DNA of 64,000 bases, taken from contig OZ024765.1 in assembly GCA_964016885.1 (NCBI GenBank), positions 17,732,001 through 17,796,000 of the forward strand. The letters are read 5' to 3'. The position numbers and the translations under genes were made by a program. This document shows positions 25,474 through 39,300 of the stretch, piece by piece. The stretch's first letter is position 1, and every line of letters begins with the position of its first letter. The notes beneath the pieces were generated by a model. It made no database searches. It saw only the letters and a list, made by a program, of their open reading frames with translations, and was not told the origin of the DNA. Source of the stretch: Eledone cirrhosa (lineage: Eukaryota).

Positions 25474-26060
25474 CTAGCAGTGGTACCCGCCGTTGCACGG
25501 GATAAGGTATTTTGGAACGCGGGCCGCCAACAGACCTAATTGTGGAAAACTGCATGTCTGGACAATATGTAAAGAAAATAAACCGAATACTCTGATGGCC
25601 GGATAATCTTTAAGATTTTCCTCGATGAAGCAGGAAAAATACATGTTTTTACCTAGGGGATCAAGAAAATGAACTTTTTTATGTGCATATTATGCCTTGA
25701 AATTTCTGGAAAATCGGCTAAAAAGCTGAAAAAATGAACTTTTTCACCTAATGAGAAATCTAGGCCATAAAAAAGTTGGATTTTCTTTGCTCACGGTATG
25801 AGGAAGAGACTGACTAATACATAGTTACAATTTCAAGGAAATCGGTCTGACGTAACGGCTAAAAAAAACCCTAAATAACTGAAAAAACGTATTTCTTCAG
25901 CTAATGCGGGCCCTAGGGGATCAAAAAGTTGAATTTGCATGTGCATAACACTCCCTGAAAGATAAGTAATACGCATGTAAAGTTTGAAAAACATCGGTTG
26001 GGTACTTCTCGAGTTTTAGGAATTCACACACACAGACATCCTCAGTTTTATATATATAGA
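25474..26060 (-). mobile_element. Non-autonomous Helitron (587 bp)
   Basis: Minus strand starts TCTATATATATAAAACTGAGGATGTCTGTGTG and ends with hairpin CCCGTGCAACGGCGGG, 8 nt, then CTAG; inserted between A and T with no TSD; empty site in the paralog at 24749/24750. Confidence 0.9.
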
Positions 26061-26199
26061 TTGAAGTGGAAATCACAGGTGCGTGTGTTTTTATTTCCAA
26101 CATGACCCTCCAAAAGTATAACAATATCTGTTTCAACACACGTTTTCAGATGAGAAATATCGCAAAACAAATGAAAAAAACGAATTATATATATATATA

Positions 26200-26285
26200 T
26201 GATGGCTGCCCCCCTCGTTATCGAGTATGGCCATTGCAAGAGGAGAAAAAAAAAAAAAATAAAAAAAAAAAATAAATAAAAACAA

Positions 26286-26318
<33 letters not shown>

Positions 26319-26944
26319 TATACATTAATAACAATAATAATAATAATAATAATAATAACAATAATAATAACGACAACAACAATAATAATATACATATACA
26401 TATATATATACACATGCACGCACACACATAAACATATCTATGCACACACACACACGCGATAGCAACTAACAGCGCTGTGATCGAATGTGGCTTTTTTAGC
26501 CCAGCCAATGATCTAAAATGTCATGCACAGAGTCGGCAACCAAAACATTCACTGGGAATAGTCAGCTGTGGTTGGAGTTCATGTACTTTTGCATGTCGCT
26601 TGAGCCCTCCTGCTGATTTACATTCTCTACCACATGTTTGGCAAGCATGATGAGTAGCATCTCCAACAGCAGCCTGGTAGTCAACCACTGGTCTTACTTT
26701 ATGCCTGCGAAGATGACTTTCGAGTAAAGCTTTTCTTAGGCAGAGTCTCGCACAGACGCTGCATGTCAGCACCATAGGAGGACCCTCGCCCTCTGGAAGT
26801 GCAATAGCAATGCCCTTCCTCACATCCCGCTTTACTCTCTCGTATGCGATTCGTGATGCCTCAAAGGCAACTTTTCCCTCATATACAGTTTTTCTCCATT
26901 TATTACGATCAGCAGCAATATTTTCCCATGTATCAGCAGAGATG

Positions 26945-26946
<2 letters not shown>
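26200..26946 (-). mobile_element. RTE-clade LINE 3' end with zinc-finger region (second copy)
   Basis: CSVCARLCLRKALLESHLRRH and CQTCGRECKSAGGLKRHAKVH; 3' end GCAATGGCCATACTCGATAACGAGGGGGGCAGCCATC followed by (AT)n. Confidence 0.85.
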
Positions 26947-27018
<72 letters not shown>

Positions 27019-27057
27019 ATATTAAATAAATGGAAACTATATTTATAAAACCATATT

Positions 27058-27122
27058 TATTTTATTATATATATTTCAAGGGCAACCAAGACAACTTTGG
27101 TACGCTTTCATCAGATAAAATA
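27058..27122 (-). ncRNA. Minimal type I hammerhead ribozyme (family A), minus strand
   Basis: Minus strand TATTTTAT-CTGATGA-AAGCGTACCAAAGTTGTCTTGGTTGCCCTT-GAAA-TATATA-TA|ATAAAATA. Confidence 0.8.
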
Positions 27123-27166
27123 CAAAGTTTGTTTTATAAATAGAGACATACCCATGAAAATCATCA

Positions 27167-27226
27167 TTATCTGATGAAAGCATACCAATGTTGTCTCGGT
27201 ACCCTTGAAATATATATAATAAAATA
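27167..27226 (+). ncRNA. Minimal type I hammerhead ribozyme (family A), plus strand
   Basis: TTAT-CTGATGA(27171)-AAG..TACC..GGTA..CTT-GAAA(27207)-TATATA-TA|ATAA; stem I only 4 bp. Confidence 0.7.
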
Positions 27227-27360
27227 GATATGGATTTATAAATATAGTTTCCATTTATTTAATATCATTGAATATTTACTCCAGTACGCTGTTGAGTGCT
27301 TTAAATCAGTTATAAACATTTATGTTTGTCGGACTTCCAACAAATGAAATACAACTTATA

Positions 27361-27423
<63 letters not shown>

Positions 27424-27488
27424 CTCTATTACTTTCTACTACGTGTACCCGCCGACAAGCTGAGGCCATGCTGGGGTACCACCAATAT

Positions 27489-27705
27489 AAGGCGTGTGGT
27501 TGAGTGGTAAGAGAATAGGATTCGCAATCGCGAGGTTGTGATATCGATTCCCGGACCGGGCAATGCGTTATGTCCTTGAGCAAGACACTTTATTTCACGT
27601 TGCTCCTTGTACCTGGAGTTGCGCCCGATAGATAGTATTAGCAATTAGAAAGACCAATGGAAACATTGTTTCCTCGGTCCGATTTGACGAAAGTCGATCG
27701 ACTGA
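27489..27705 (+). mobile_element. tRNA-derived SINE, family 1, full length
   Basis: A box TGGTTGAGTGG, B-box-like ATCGATTCC, TGTCCTTGAGCAAGACACTTT; homologous to 8893-9107. Confidence 0.85.
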
Positions 27706-27829
27706 TGATATATCTAACGCCCTCTCCATTCTGTCCGCCGGGGCTGTGGGTGGGCCCCATCGCCTACCAATACATTAGTTAAATACCATTGTTTCATCTG
27801 ATACAACACAATAAAGACTAACGTGTTTA

Positions 27830-27873
<44 letters not shown>

Positions 27874-27999
27874 GTTATTCCGGGTTGAATCGGACGTAAC
27901 CACAGTAAGTAAGGTACTCAATACATAGCAGAGTATAAAAGTTTTAATATAGATGAGATTCTACAGGACTAGAACTGTTTCATTCTTCAGATTTCTGAA

Positions 28000-28482
28000 C
28001 AAAAACATTTTTAAATGACGGTCTGGTTTTTCTCTTTTCAAAATGCGTATCGAAAATCATATCCACATTCGTCATATTATGCTCTACCGCTTCCAGAAAG
28101 GTTGGAATGCAGCCTCAGTCATTTCGCGATCTCAATGAACTTTTTTGGTGAAGGAACAACCAGCAAAAGCCAAGTTGAAAGATGGTTCAGGAAGTTCAAA
28201 TCGGGCGATACAAACCTCGCAGATGAAGAAGGAAGAGGTCGACCATCAAATTTACACGACCAGGCACTTTTGGCAGCCGTGGAAGAGGACGAAAGCTTGA
28301 CAACGAGAATGTTGGCCGAAGACCTCAATGTGGACCATTCGACCATCGTTCGTCATGTCAAAAAGCTCGGAAAAGTATGGAAATTGACTGGCTGGGTCCC
28401 CCACGAACTCTCCGATAACAACAAAGCCGAACGTGTCCGAATTTTTACCGATTTGCCGCAATAATTAGGCACCAACCCAATA
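28000..28482 (+). mobile_element. Mariner transposon remnant: N-terminal transposase joined directly to the right TIR
   Basis: VERWFRKFKSGDTNLADEEGRGRPS, STIVRHVKKLG, WVPHEL; right end reverse complement TATTGGGTTGGTGCCTAATTATTGCGG resembles a mariner TIR; DD34D domain absent. Confidence 0.88.
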
Positions 28483-28976
28483 TAAATATAGTGACAACCT
28501 TACTTTATTATATTTGCTAATTACAACATAAGCAGTATCTAAGTAAAACAAAACATACTATTACATGGAACAAAAAAGAAAGGAGAAAAAGGATCATGCA
28601 ACGGAAAGGGGGGGTCACAGCGCCCCAGTCTGAGCGGTGCCTCAGCCGAAGCGATTCACTGCATGTGACGTCACGTAGAATTATCACGCTCCAAGATTCG
28701 AAACTATCGCGTTGAGCTAACTCTGTATGACGTCCGCCATTTGCATTTTAGTGGTCGCAACGTTACCTGGGTATATTTACTTTTGGATCTAATGGAAACA
28801 GAAAAATATAGCCAGGTAGGTCAAACCTCTCCGTAATATTTTCGTTACAATATCTCTAATGAAATATTTTGTCGATAACTTTTAAATAATTTCGCAAACA
28901 AACCACAATTTAGAGGGTTTTATAACATATTTGTGTTAGGTGATGTCCGTGAGCAAGAACCTTGTTTCAGGGGGGT

Positions 28977-30075
28977 GGACAAGTTCTACCTACTTTTTCT
29001 AACGTCTCTATGTTATTTTTTGTGTATTTGATATAATAAATTCTTGTTAAGCTTATTCGGCACTACCATGCTATTAGCTGTCAGAAGCGAAAGTTTCGCC
29101 AACCATCTCAATCGTAAACATCGTTTATTTCGTATTACCACGCGTTATTTTAATAAAGCATATCGATGTAAGTGGAGTTACTTAAATGAAAATATATATA
29201 AGTTAATTAGAAAACAAGTCATCGTTATCAAATAAATTGGATTTAATCATTTATAGTCATGGTTATCAATGTAGAAAACAAGTGATTTTCACCAAAGGTG
29301 GAGTTAACTTAAATGAAAATATAGGTGGCCCCTAAAAGGGCCAAATTAGATAACAAATTTAAGTTAATTAGAAAACAAGAAATGGTTATCAAATAAATTG
29401 GATTTAATCATTTATATGGACAAGTTCCACCTACTTTTTCAAACGTCTATATGTTATTTTTTGTTTATTTGATGTAATAAATTCTTTTTAAGCTTATTCG
29501 GCGCTACCATGCTATTAGCTGTCAGAAGTGAAAGTTTTGTCAACCTTCTCAATCGTAAACATCGTTTATTTCGTATTACCACGCGTTCTTTTAATAAAGC
29601 ATATCGATGTAAGTGGAGTTACTTAAATGAAAATATAGCCAAATTATAAAACAAATTTAAGTTAATTAGAAAACAAGTAATCGTTATCAAATAAATTGGA
29701 TTTAATCATTTATAGTCATGGTTATCAATGTAGAAAACAAGTGATTTTCACCAACAGTGGAGTTAACTTAAATGAAAATATAGGTGGCCCTTAAAAGGGC
29801 CAAATTAGAAAACAAGTCATGGTTATCAAATAAATTGGATTTAATCATTTATATTTTCATAGTCATGGTTATCAATGTAGAAAACAAGTGGAGTTACTTC
29901 TGACAGCTAATACCATGAACTATATTTTCATGACCATGGTTATCAATGTAGAAAATAAGTCATTTTCACCAACAGTGGAGTTATCGTAAATGAAAATATA
30001 GGTGGCCCTTTTTAAGGGCCGCCTATATTTTCATTATAAAACAAATTAGAAAACAAATATATGGTTATCAAATTT
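28977..30075. repeat. ~440-bp tandem duplication with internal sub-repeats
   Basis: GGACAAGTTC(T/C)ACCTACTTTTTC at 28977 and 29418; repeated GAAAACAAG-GTTATCAAATAAATTGGATTTAATCATTTATA; GGCCC..GGGCC hairpins. Confidence 0.85.
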
Positions 30076-30377
30076 TTTTCACATTTTTATACATTTATGA
30101 AGAAATGTTTAGAAAACAAATTTTTTTCACCAACCTTATTCAAAAGCATGGATACAGTCCAAATGGAGGCAAGGGACTGTTCCCATGGATACAAACCCCA
30201 CCAATCAGCAACAATCATCACCAACAATCATCACCATCATCACCAACACCACATCTAAATAAATAAACATTAAACTTCACTTTGTGATATTACACGCATT
30301 TGCAAGTGTTATTGGAATTAACCATCGCAATCTTTCCACCACTACCGAAACTACAGCAGATACCATTAATCTCCATG

Positions 30378-33300
30378 TACCACCACCTTGACTAGCACCT
30401 ATACTATTACTACTACTACCACCACCACCACCTTGATGTCACCTACACTATTACTACTACTACTACCACCACCTTGATGTCGCCTACACTATTACTACTA
30501 CTACTACCACCTTGACTAGCACCTATACTATTATTACTACTACCACCACCACCTTGATGTCAACTACACTATTACTACTACTACCACCACCTTGACTAGC
30601 ACCTACACTATTACTACTACTACCACCACCACCACCTTGATGTCATCTACACTATTACTATTACTACCACCACCTTGATGGCACCTACACTATTACTACT
30701 ACTACTACCACCTTGACTAGCACCTGTACTATTACTACTACTACTACCACAACCACCTTGATGTCAACTACACTATTACTACTACTACCACCACCTTGAC
30801 AAGCACCTACACTAATACTACTACCACCACCACCTTGACTAGCACCTACACTATTACTACTACTACCACCACCTTGACTAGCACCTACACTACTATTACC
30901 ACCACCTTGACTAGCACATACACTATTACTACTACTACTACCACCTTGACTAGCACCTACACTATTACTACTACTACTACCACCTTGACTAGCACCTACA
31001 CTATTACTACTACCACCACCTTGACTAGCACCTACACTATTACTACTACCACCACCACCTTGACTAGCACCTACACTATTACTACTACCACCACCACCTT
31101 GACTACCACCTACACTATCACTACTACTACCACCACCTTGACAAGCACCTACACTATTACTACTACTACCACCTTGACTAGCACCTACACTATTACTACT
31201 ACTACTACCACCTTGACTAGCACCTACACTATTACTACTACCACCACCTTGACTAGCACCTACACTATTACTACTACTACCACCACCTTGACTAGCACCT
31301 ACAATATTACTACTACCACCACCTTGACTAACACCTACACTATTACTGCTACTACCACCTTGACTAGTACCTACACTATTACTACTACTACCACCACCTT
31401 GACTAGCACCTACACTAATACTACTACTACCACCACCTTGACTACCACCTACACTATCACTACTACTACCACCACCTTGACAAGCACCTACACTATTACT
31501 ACTACTACCACCTTGACTAGCACCTACACTATTACTACTACTACTACCACCTTGACTAGCACCTACACTATTACTACTACCACCACCTTGACTAGCACCT
31601 ACACTATTACTACTACTACCACCACCTTGACTAGCACCTACAATATTACTACTACCACCACCTTGACTAACACCTACACTATTACTGCTACTACCACCTT
31701 GACTAGTACCTACACTATTACTACTACTACCACCACCTTGACTAGCACCTACACTAATACTACTACTACCACCACCTTGACTACCACCTACACTATCACT
31801 ACTACTACCACCACCTTGACAAGCACCTACACTATTACTACTACTACCACCTTGACTAGCACCTACACTATTACTACTACTACTACCACCTTGACTAGCA
31901 CCTACACTATTACTACTACCACCACCTTGACTAGCACCTACACTATTACTACTACTACCACCACCTTGACTAGCACCTACAATATTACTACTACCACCAC
32001 CTTGACTAACACCTACACTATTACTGCTACTACCACCTTGACTAGTACCTACACTATTACTACTACCACCACCACCTTGACTAGCACCTACACTATTACT
32101 ACTACCACCACCTTGACTACCACCTACACTATCACTACTACTACCACCACCTTGACAAGCACCTACACTATTACTACTACTACCACCTTGACTAGCACCT
32201 ACACTATTACTACTACTACTACCACCTTGACTAGCACCTACACTATTACTACTACCACCACCTTGACTAGCACCTACACTATTACTACTACTACCACCAC
32301 CTTGACTAGCACCTACAATATTACTACTACCACCACCTTGACTAACACCTACACTATTACTGCTACTACCACCTTGACTAGTACCTACACTATTACTACT
32401 ACCACCACCTTGACTAACACCTACACTATTACTGCTACTACCACCTTGACTAGCACCTACACTATTACTACTACCACCACCTTGACTAACACCTACACTA
32501 TTACTACTACTACCACCACCTTGACTAGCACCTACACTAATACTACTACTACCACCACCTTGACTAGCATCTACACTATTACTACTACTACCACCATCTA
32601 GACTAGCACCTACACTATTACTACTACTACCACCACCTTGACTAGCACCTACACTATTACTACTACTACCACCATCTAGACTAGCACCTACACTAATACT
32701 ACTACTACCACCACCTTGACTAGCACCTACACTATTACCACTACTACCACCACCTTGACTAGCACCTACACTATTACTACTACTACCACCACCACCTTGA
32801 CTAGCACCTACACTACTACTACTACTACTGCTAGCACCACCTTGACTAGCACCTACACTATTACTACTACTACTAAAACCTTGACTAGCACCTACACTAT
32901 TACCACTACTACCACCTTGACTAGCACCTACACTATTACTACTACCACCTTGACTAGCACCTACACTATTACTACTACTACCACCACCTTGACTAGCACC
33001 TACACTATTACTACTACCACCTTGACTAGCACCTACACAATTACTACTACTACCACCACCTTGACTAGCACCTACACTATTACTACTACTACCACCTTGA
33101 CTACCACCTACACTATTACTACTACTACCACCTTGACTACCACCTACACTATTACTACTACTACCACCACCTTGACTAGCACCTACACTATTACCACTAC
33201 TACCACCTTGCCTAGCACCTACACAATTAATAATACTACCACCACCTTGACTAGCACCTACACTATTACTACTACTACCACAACCTTGACTAGCACCTAC

Positions 33301-36300
33301 ACTATTACCACAACTACCACCACCTTGACTAGCACCTACACTATTATCACTACTACCACCTTGACTAGCACCTACACAATTAATAATACTACCATCACCT
33401 TGACTAGCACCTACACTATTACAACTACTACCACCAACTTTACTACCACCTACACTATTACCACTACTATCACCAACATGACTAGCACCTACACTATTAC
33501 TACTACCACCACCCTGACTAGCACCTACACTATTATCACTACTACCACCACCTTGACTAGCACCTACACTATTACTACTACTACCACCTTGACTAGCACC
33601 TACACTATTACCACTACTACCACCACCTTCACTACCACCTACACTATTACTACTACTTCGACCACCTTCACTACCACCTACACTATTACTACTACTACAA
33701 ACACCTTCACTAGCACCTACACTATTACTACTACTACTACCACCTTGACTAGCACCTACACTACTGTTACTACTACCACCACCTTGACTAGCACCTACAC
33801 TATTACTACTACTACCACCACCTTGACTAGCACCTACACTATTACTACTACTACCACCACCTTCACTAGCACCTACACTATTACTACTACTACCCGCACC
33901 TTGACTAGCACCTACACTATTACTACTACTACCACCTTGACTAGCGCATACTCTATTACTACTACTACCACCTTGACTAGCACCTACACTATTACTACTA
34001 CTACCCGCACCTTGACTAGCACCTACACTATTACTACTACTACCACCTTGACTAGCACCTACACTATTACTACTACTACCACCTTGACTAGCACATACTC
34101 TATTACTACTACTACCTCCACCTAGACTAGCACCTACACTATTACCACTACTACCACCACTTTGACTAGCACCTACACTATTACTACTACTACTACCACC
34201 TTGACTAGCACCTACACTATTACTACGACTATCACCACCTTGACTAGCACCTACACTATTACTACGACTATGAGCACCTTGACTAGCTCCTACACTATTA
34301 CCACTACTACCACCATTTTGACTAGCACCTACACTATTACTGCTACTACCACCACCTTGACTAGCCCTACACTATAACTACTACTGCCACCACCTTGACT
34401 AGCCCTACACTATTACTACTACTACCACCACTTTGACTAGCACCTACACTATGACTACTACTACCACCACCTTGACTAGCCCTACACTAATACTACTACT
34501 ACCACCACCTTGACTAGCACCTACACTATGACTACTACTACCACCACCTTGACTAGCCCTACACTATTACTACTACTACCACCACCTTCAGTAGCACCTA
34601 CACTATTACTACTACCACCACCTTGACTAGCACCTACACTATTACTACTACCACCACCTTGACTAGCACCTACACTATTACTACTACTACCACCACCTTG
34701 ACTAGCATCTACACTATTACTACTACTACCACCACCTTGACTAGCACCTACACTACTGCTACTACTACCAACACCTTGACTAGCACCTACACTATTACTA
34801 CTACTACCACCACCTTGACTAGCATCTACACTATTACTACTACTACCACCACCTTGACTAGCACCTACACTACTACTACTACTACCACCACCTTGACTAG
34901 CACCTACACTACTACTACTACTACCACCACCTTGACTAGCATCTACACTATTACTACTACTACCACCACCTTGACTAGCACCTACACTACTACTACTACT
35001 ACCACCACCTTGACTAGCACCTACACTATTACTACTACCACCACCTTGACTAGCACCTACAATATTACTACTACTACTACCACCTTGACTAGCACCAACA
35101 CTACTACTACTATTACCACCACCTTGACTAGCCCTACACTATGACTACTACTACCTCCACCTAGACTAGCACCTACACTATTACTACTACTACCAACACC
35201 TTGACTAGCACCTACACTATTACTACTACTACTACCGCCACATTCACTAGCACCTACACTATTACTACTACTACCACCACCTAGAATAGCACCTACACTA
35301 TTACTACTACCACCTTGACTACCACCTACACTATTACTACTACTACCACCTTGATTAGAACATACACTATTATTACTACTACCACCACCTTGATTAGAAC
35401 ATATACTATTACTACTACTACCACCTTTACTGGCACCTACACTATTACTATTACTACCCCACCTTGACTAGCAACTACTCTATTACCACTACTACTACCA
35501 CCTTGACTAGCACCTACTCTATTACTACTACTACCACCACCTTGACTAGCACCTACTCTATTACTACTACTACCACCACCTTGACTAGCACCTACACTAT
35601 TACTACTACTACCACCACCTTGACTAGCACCTACTCTATTACTACTACTACCACCACCTTGACTAGCACCTAAACTATTACTACTACTACCACCACCTTG
35701 ACTAGCACCTACACTATTACTACTACTACCAACACCTTGACTAGCACCTACACTATTACTACTACTACTACCACCACCTTCACTAGCACCTACACTATTA
35801 CTACTACCACCACTTTCACTAACACCTACACTATTACTACTACCACCACCTTCACTAGCACCTACAATATTACTACTACCACCACCTTGACTACCACCTA
35901 CACTATCACTACTACTACCACCACCTTGACTAGCACCTACACTACTAGTACTACCACCACCTTGACTAGCACCTACACTATTATTACTACTACCACCAAC
36001 TTGACTAGCACCTACACTATTACTACTACTACCACCACCTTGACTAGCCCTACTCTATTACTACTACTACCACCACCTTGACTAGCACCTACACTATTAC
36101 TACTACTATCACCACCTTGACTAGCACCTACACTATTACCACTACTACCACCACCTTGATTAGCCCTACTCTATTACTACTACTACCACCACTTTGACTA
36201 GCACCTGCACTATTACTACTACTATCACCACCTTGACTAGCACCTACACTATTACCACTACTACCACCACCTTGACTAACACCTACACTATTAAGGTGGT

Positions 36301-39300
36301 GGTAGTAGTAATAGTGTAGGTGCTAGTCAAGGTGGTGGTAGTAGTAGTAATAGAGTAGGGCTAGTCAAGGTAGTGGTAGTAGTGGTAATAGTGTAGGTGC
36401 TAGTCAAGGTGGTGGTAGTAGCACCTACACTATTACTACTACTACCACCTTGACTAGCACCTAAACTATTACTACTACTACAACCACCTTGACTAGCACC
36501 TACACTATTACTACTACTACCACCACCTTGACTAGCACCTACACTATTACTACTACTACCACCACCTTGACTAGGAACTACACTATTACTACTACTACTA
36601 CCACCAACTTGACTAGGACCTACACTATTACTACTACTACCACCACCTTGACTAGCACCTACACTATTACTACTACTACTACCACCTTGACTAGCACCTA
36701 CACTATTACTACTACTACCACCACCTTCACTACCACCTACACTATTACTACTACTACCACCACCTTGACTAGCACCTACACTATTACTACTACTACCACC
36801 ACCTTGATGTCACCTACACTATTACTACTACTAGCACCTCCACCTTGACAAGCACCTACACTATTACTACTACCACCACCTTGACTAGCACCTACACTAT
36901 TACTACTACTACCACCACCTTGACTAGCACCTACACTATTACTACTACTACCACCACCTTGATGTCACCTACACTATTACTACTACTACCACCACCTTGA
37001 CTAGCACCTACACTATCACTACTACTACCACCACCTTGATGTCACCTACACTATTACTACTACTACCACCACCTTGACTAGCATCTACACTATTACTACT
37101 ACTACCACCACCTTGACTAGCACCTACACTATTACTACTACTACCACCACCTTGACTAGCACCTACACTATTACTACTACTACCACCTTGACTACCACCT
37201 TCACTATTACCACTACTACCGCCACCTTGACTACTACCTACACTATTACTACCACAACCACCACTTTGACTAGCGCCTACACTATTGCTACTACTACCAA
37301 CACCTTGACTAGCACCTACACTATTACTACTACTACCACCACCTTGACTAGCACCTACACTATTACTACTACTACCACCACCTTGATTAGCACCTACACT
37401 ATTACTACTACTACCACCACCTTGATTAGCACCTACACTATTACTACTACTACCACCACCTTGACTAGCACCTACACTATTACTACTACTACCACCACCT
37501 TGACTAGCACCTACACTATTACCACTACTACCACCACCTTGACTAGCACCTACACTATTATCACTACTACCACCTTGACTAGCACCTACACAATTAATAA
37601 TACTACCATCACCTTGACTAGCACCTACACTATTACAACTACTACCACCAACTTTACTACCACCTACACTATTACCACTACTATCACCAACATGACTAGC
37701 ACCTACACTATTACTACTACCACCACCCTGACTAGCACCTACACTATTATCACTACTACCACCACCTTGACTAGCACCTACACTATTACTACTACTACCA
37801 CCTTGACTAGCACCTACACTATTACCACTACTACCACCACCTTCACTACCACCTACACTATTACTACTACTTCGACCACCTTCACTACCACCTACACTAT
37901 TACTACTACTACAAACACCTTCACTAGCACCTACACTATTACTACTACTACTACCTTGACTAGCACCTACACTACTGTTACTACTACCACCACCTTGACT
38001 AGCACCTACACTATTACTACTACTACCACCACCTTGACTAGCACCTACACTATTACTACTACTACCACCACCTTCACTAGCACCTACACTATTACTACTA
38101 CCCGCACCTTGACTAGCACCTACACTATTACTACTACTACCACCTTGACTAGCGCATACTCTATTACTACTACTACCACCTTGACTAGCACCTACACTAT
38201 TACTACTACTACCCGCACCTTGACTAGCACCTACACTATTACTACTACTACCACCTTGACTAGCACCTACACTATTACTACTACTACCACCTTGACTAGC
38301 ACATACTCTATTACTACTACTACCTCCACCTAGACTAGCACCTACACTATTACCACTACTACCACCACTTTGACTAGCACCTACACTATTACTACTACTA
38401 CTACCACCTTGACTAGCACCTACACTATTACTACGACTATCACCACCTTGACTAGCACCTACACTATTACTACGACTATGAGCACCTTGACTAGCTCCTA
38501 CACTATTACCACTACTACCACCATTTTGACTAGCACCTACACTATTACTGCTACTACCACCACCTTGACTAGCCCTACACTATAACTACTACTGCCACCA
38601 CCTTGACTAGCCCTACACTATTACTACTACTACCACCACTTTGACTAGCACCTACACTATGACTACTACTACCACCACCTTGACTAGCCCTACACTATTA
38701 CTACTACTACCACCACCTTGACTAGCACCTACACTATGACTACTACTACCACCACCTTGACTAGCCCTACACTATTACTACTACTACCACCACCTTCAGT
38801 AGCACCTACACTATTACTACTACCACCACCTTGACTAGCACCTACACTATTACTACTACCACCACCTTGACTAGCACCTACACTATTACTACTACTACCA
38901 CCACCTTGACTAGCATCTACACTATTACTACTACTACCACCACCTTGACTAGCACCTACACTACTGCTACTACTACCAACACCTTGACTAGCACCTACAC
39001 TATTACTACTACTACCACCACCTTGACTAGCATCTACACTATTACTACTACTACCACCACCTTGACTAGCACCTACACTACTACTACTACTACCACCACC
39101 TTGACTAGCACCTACACTACTACTACTACTACCACCACCTTGACTAGCATCTACACTATTACTACTACTACCACCACCTTGACTAGCACCTACACTACTA
39201 CTACTACTACCACCACCTTGACTAGCACCTACACTATTACTACTACCACCACCTTGACTAGCACCTACAATATTACCACTACTACTACCACCTTGACTAG

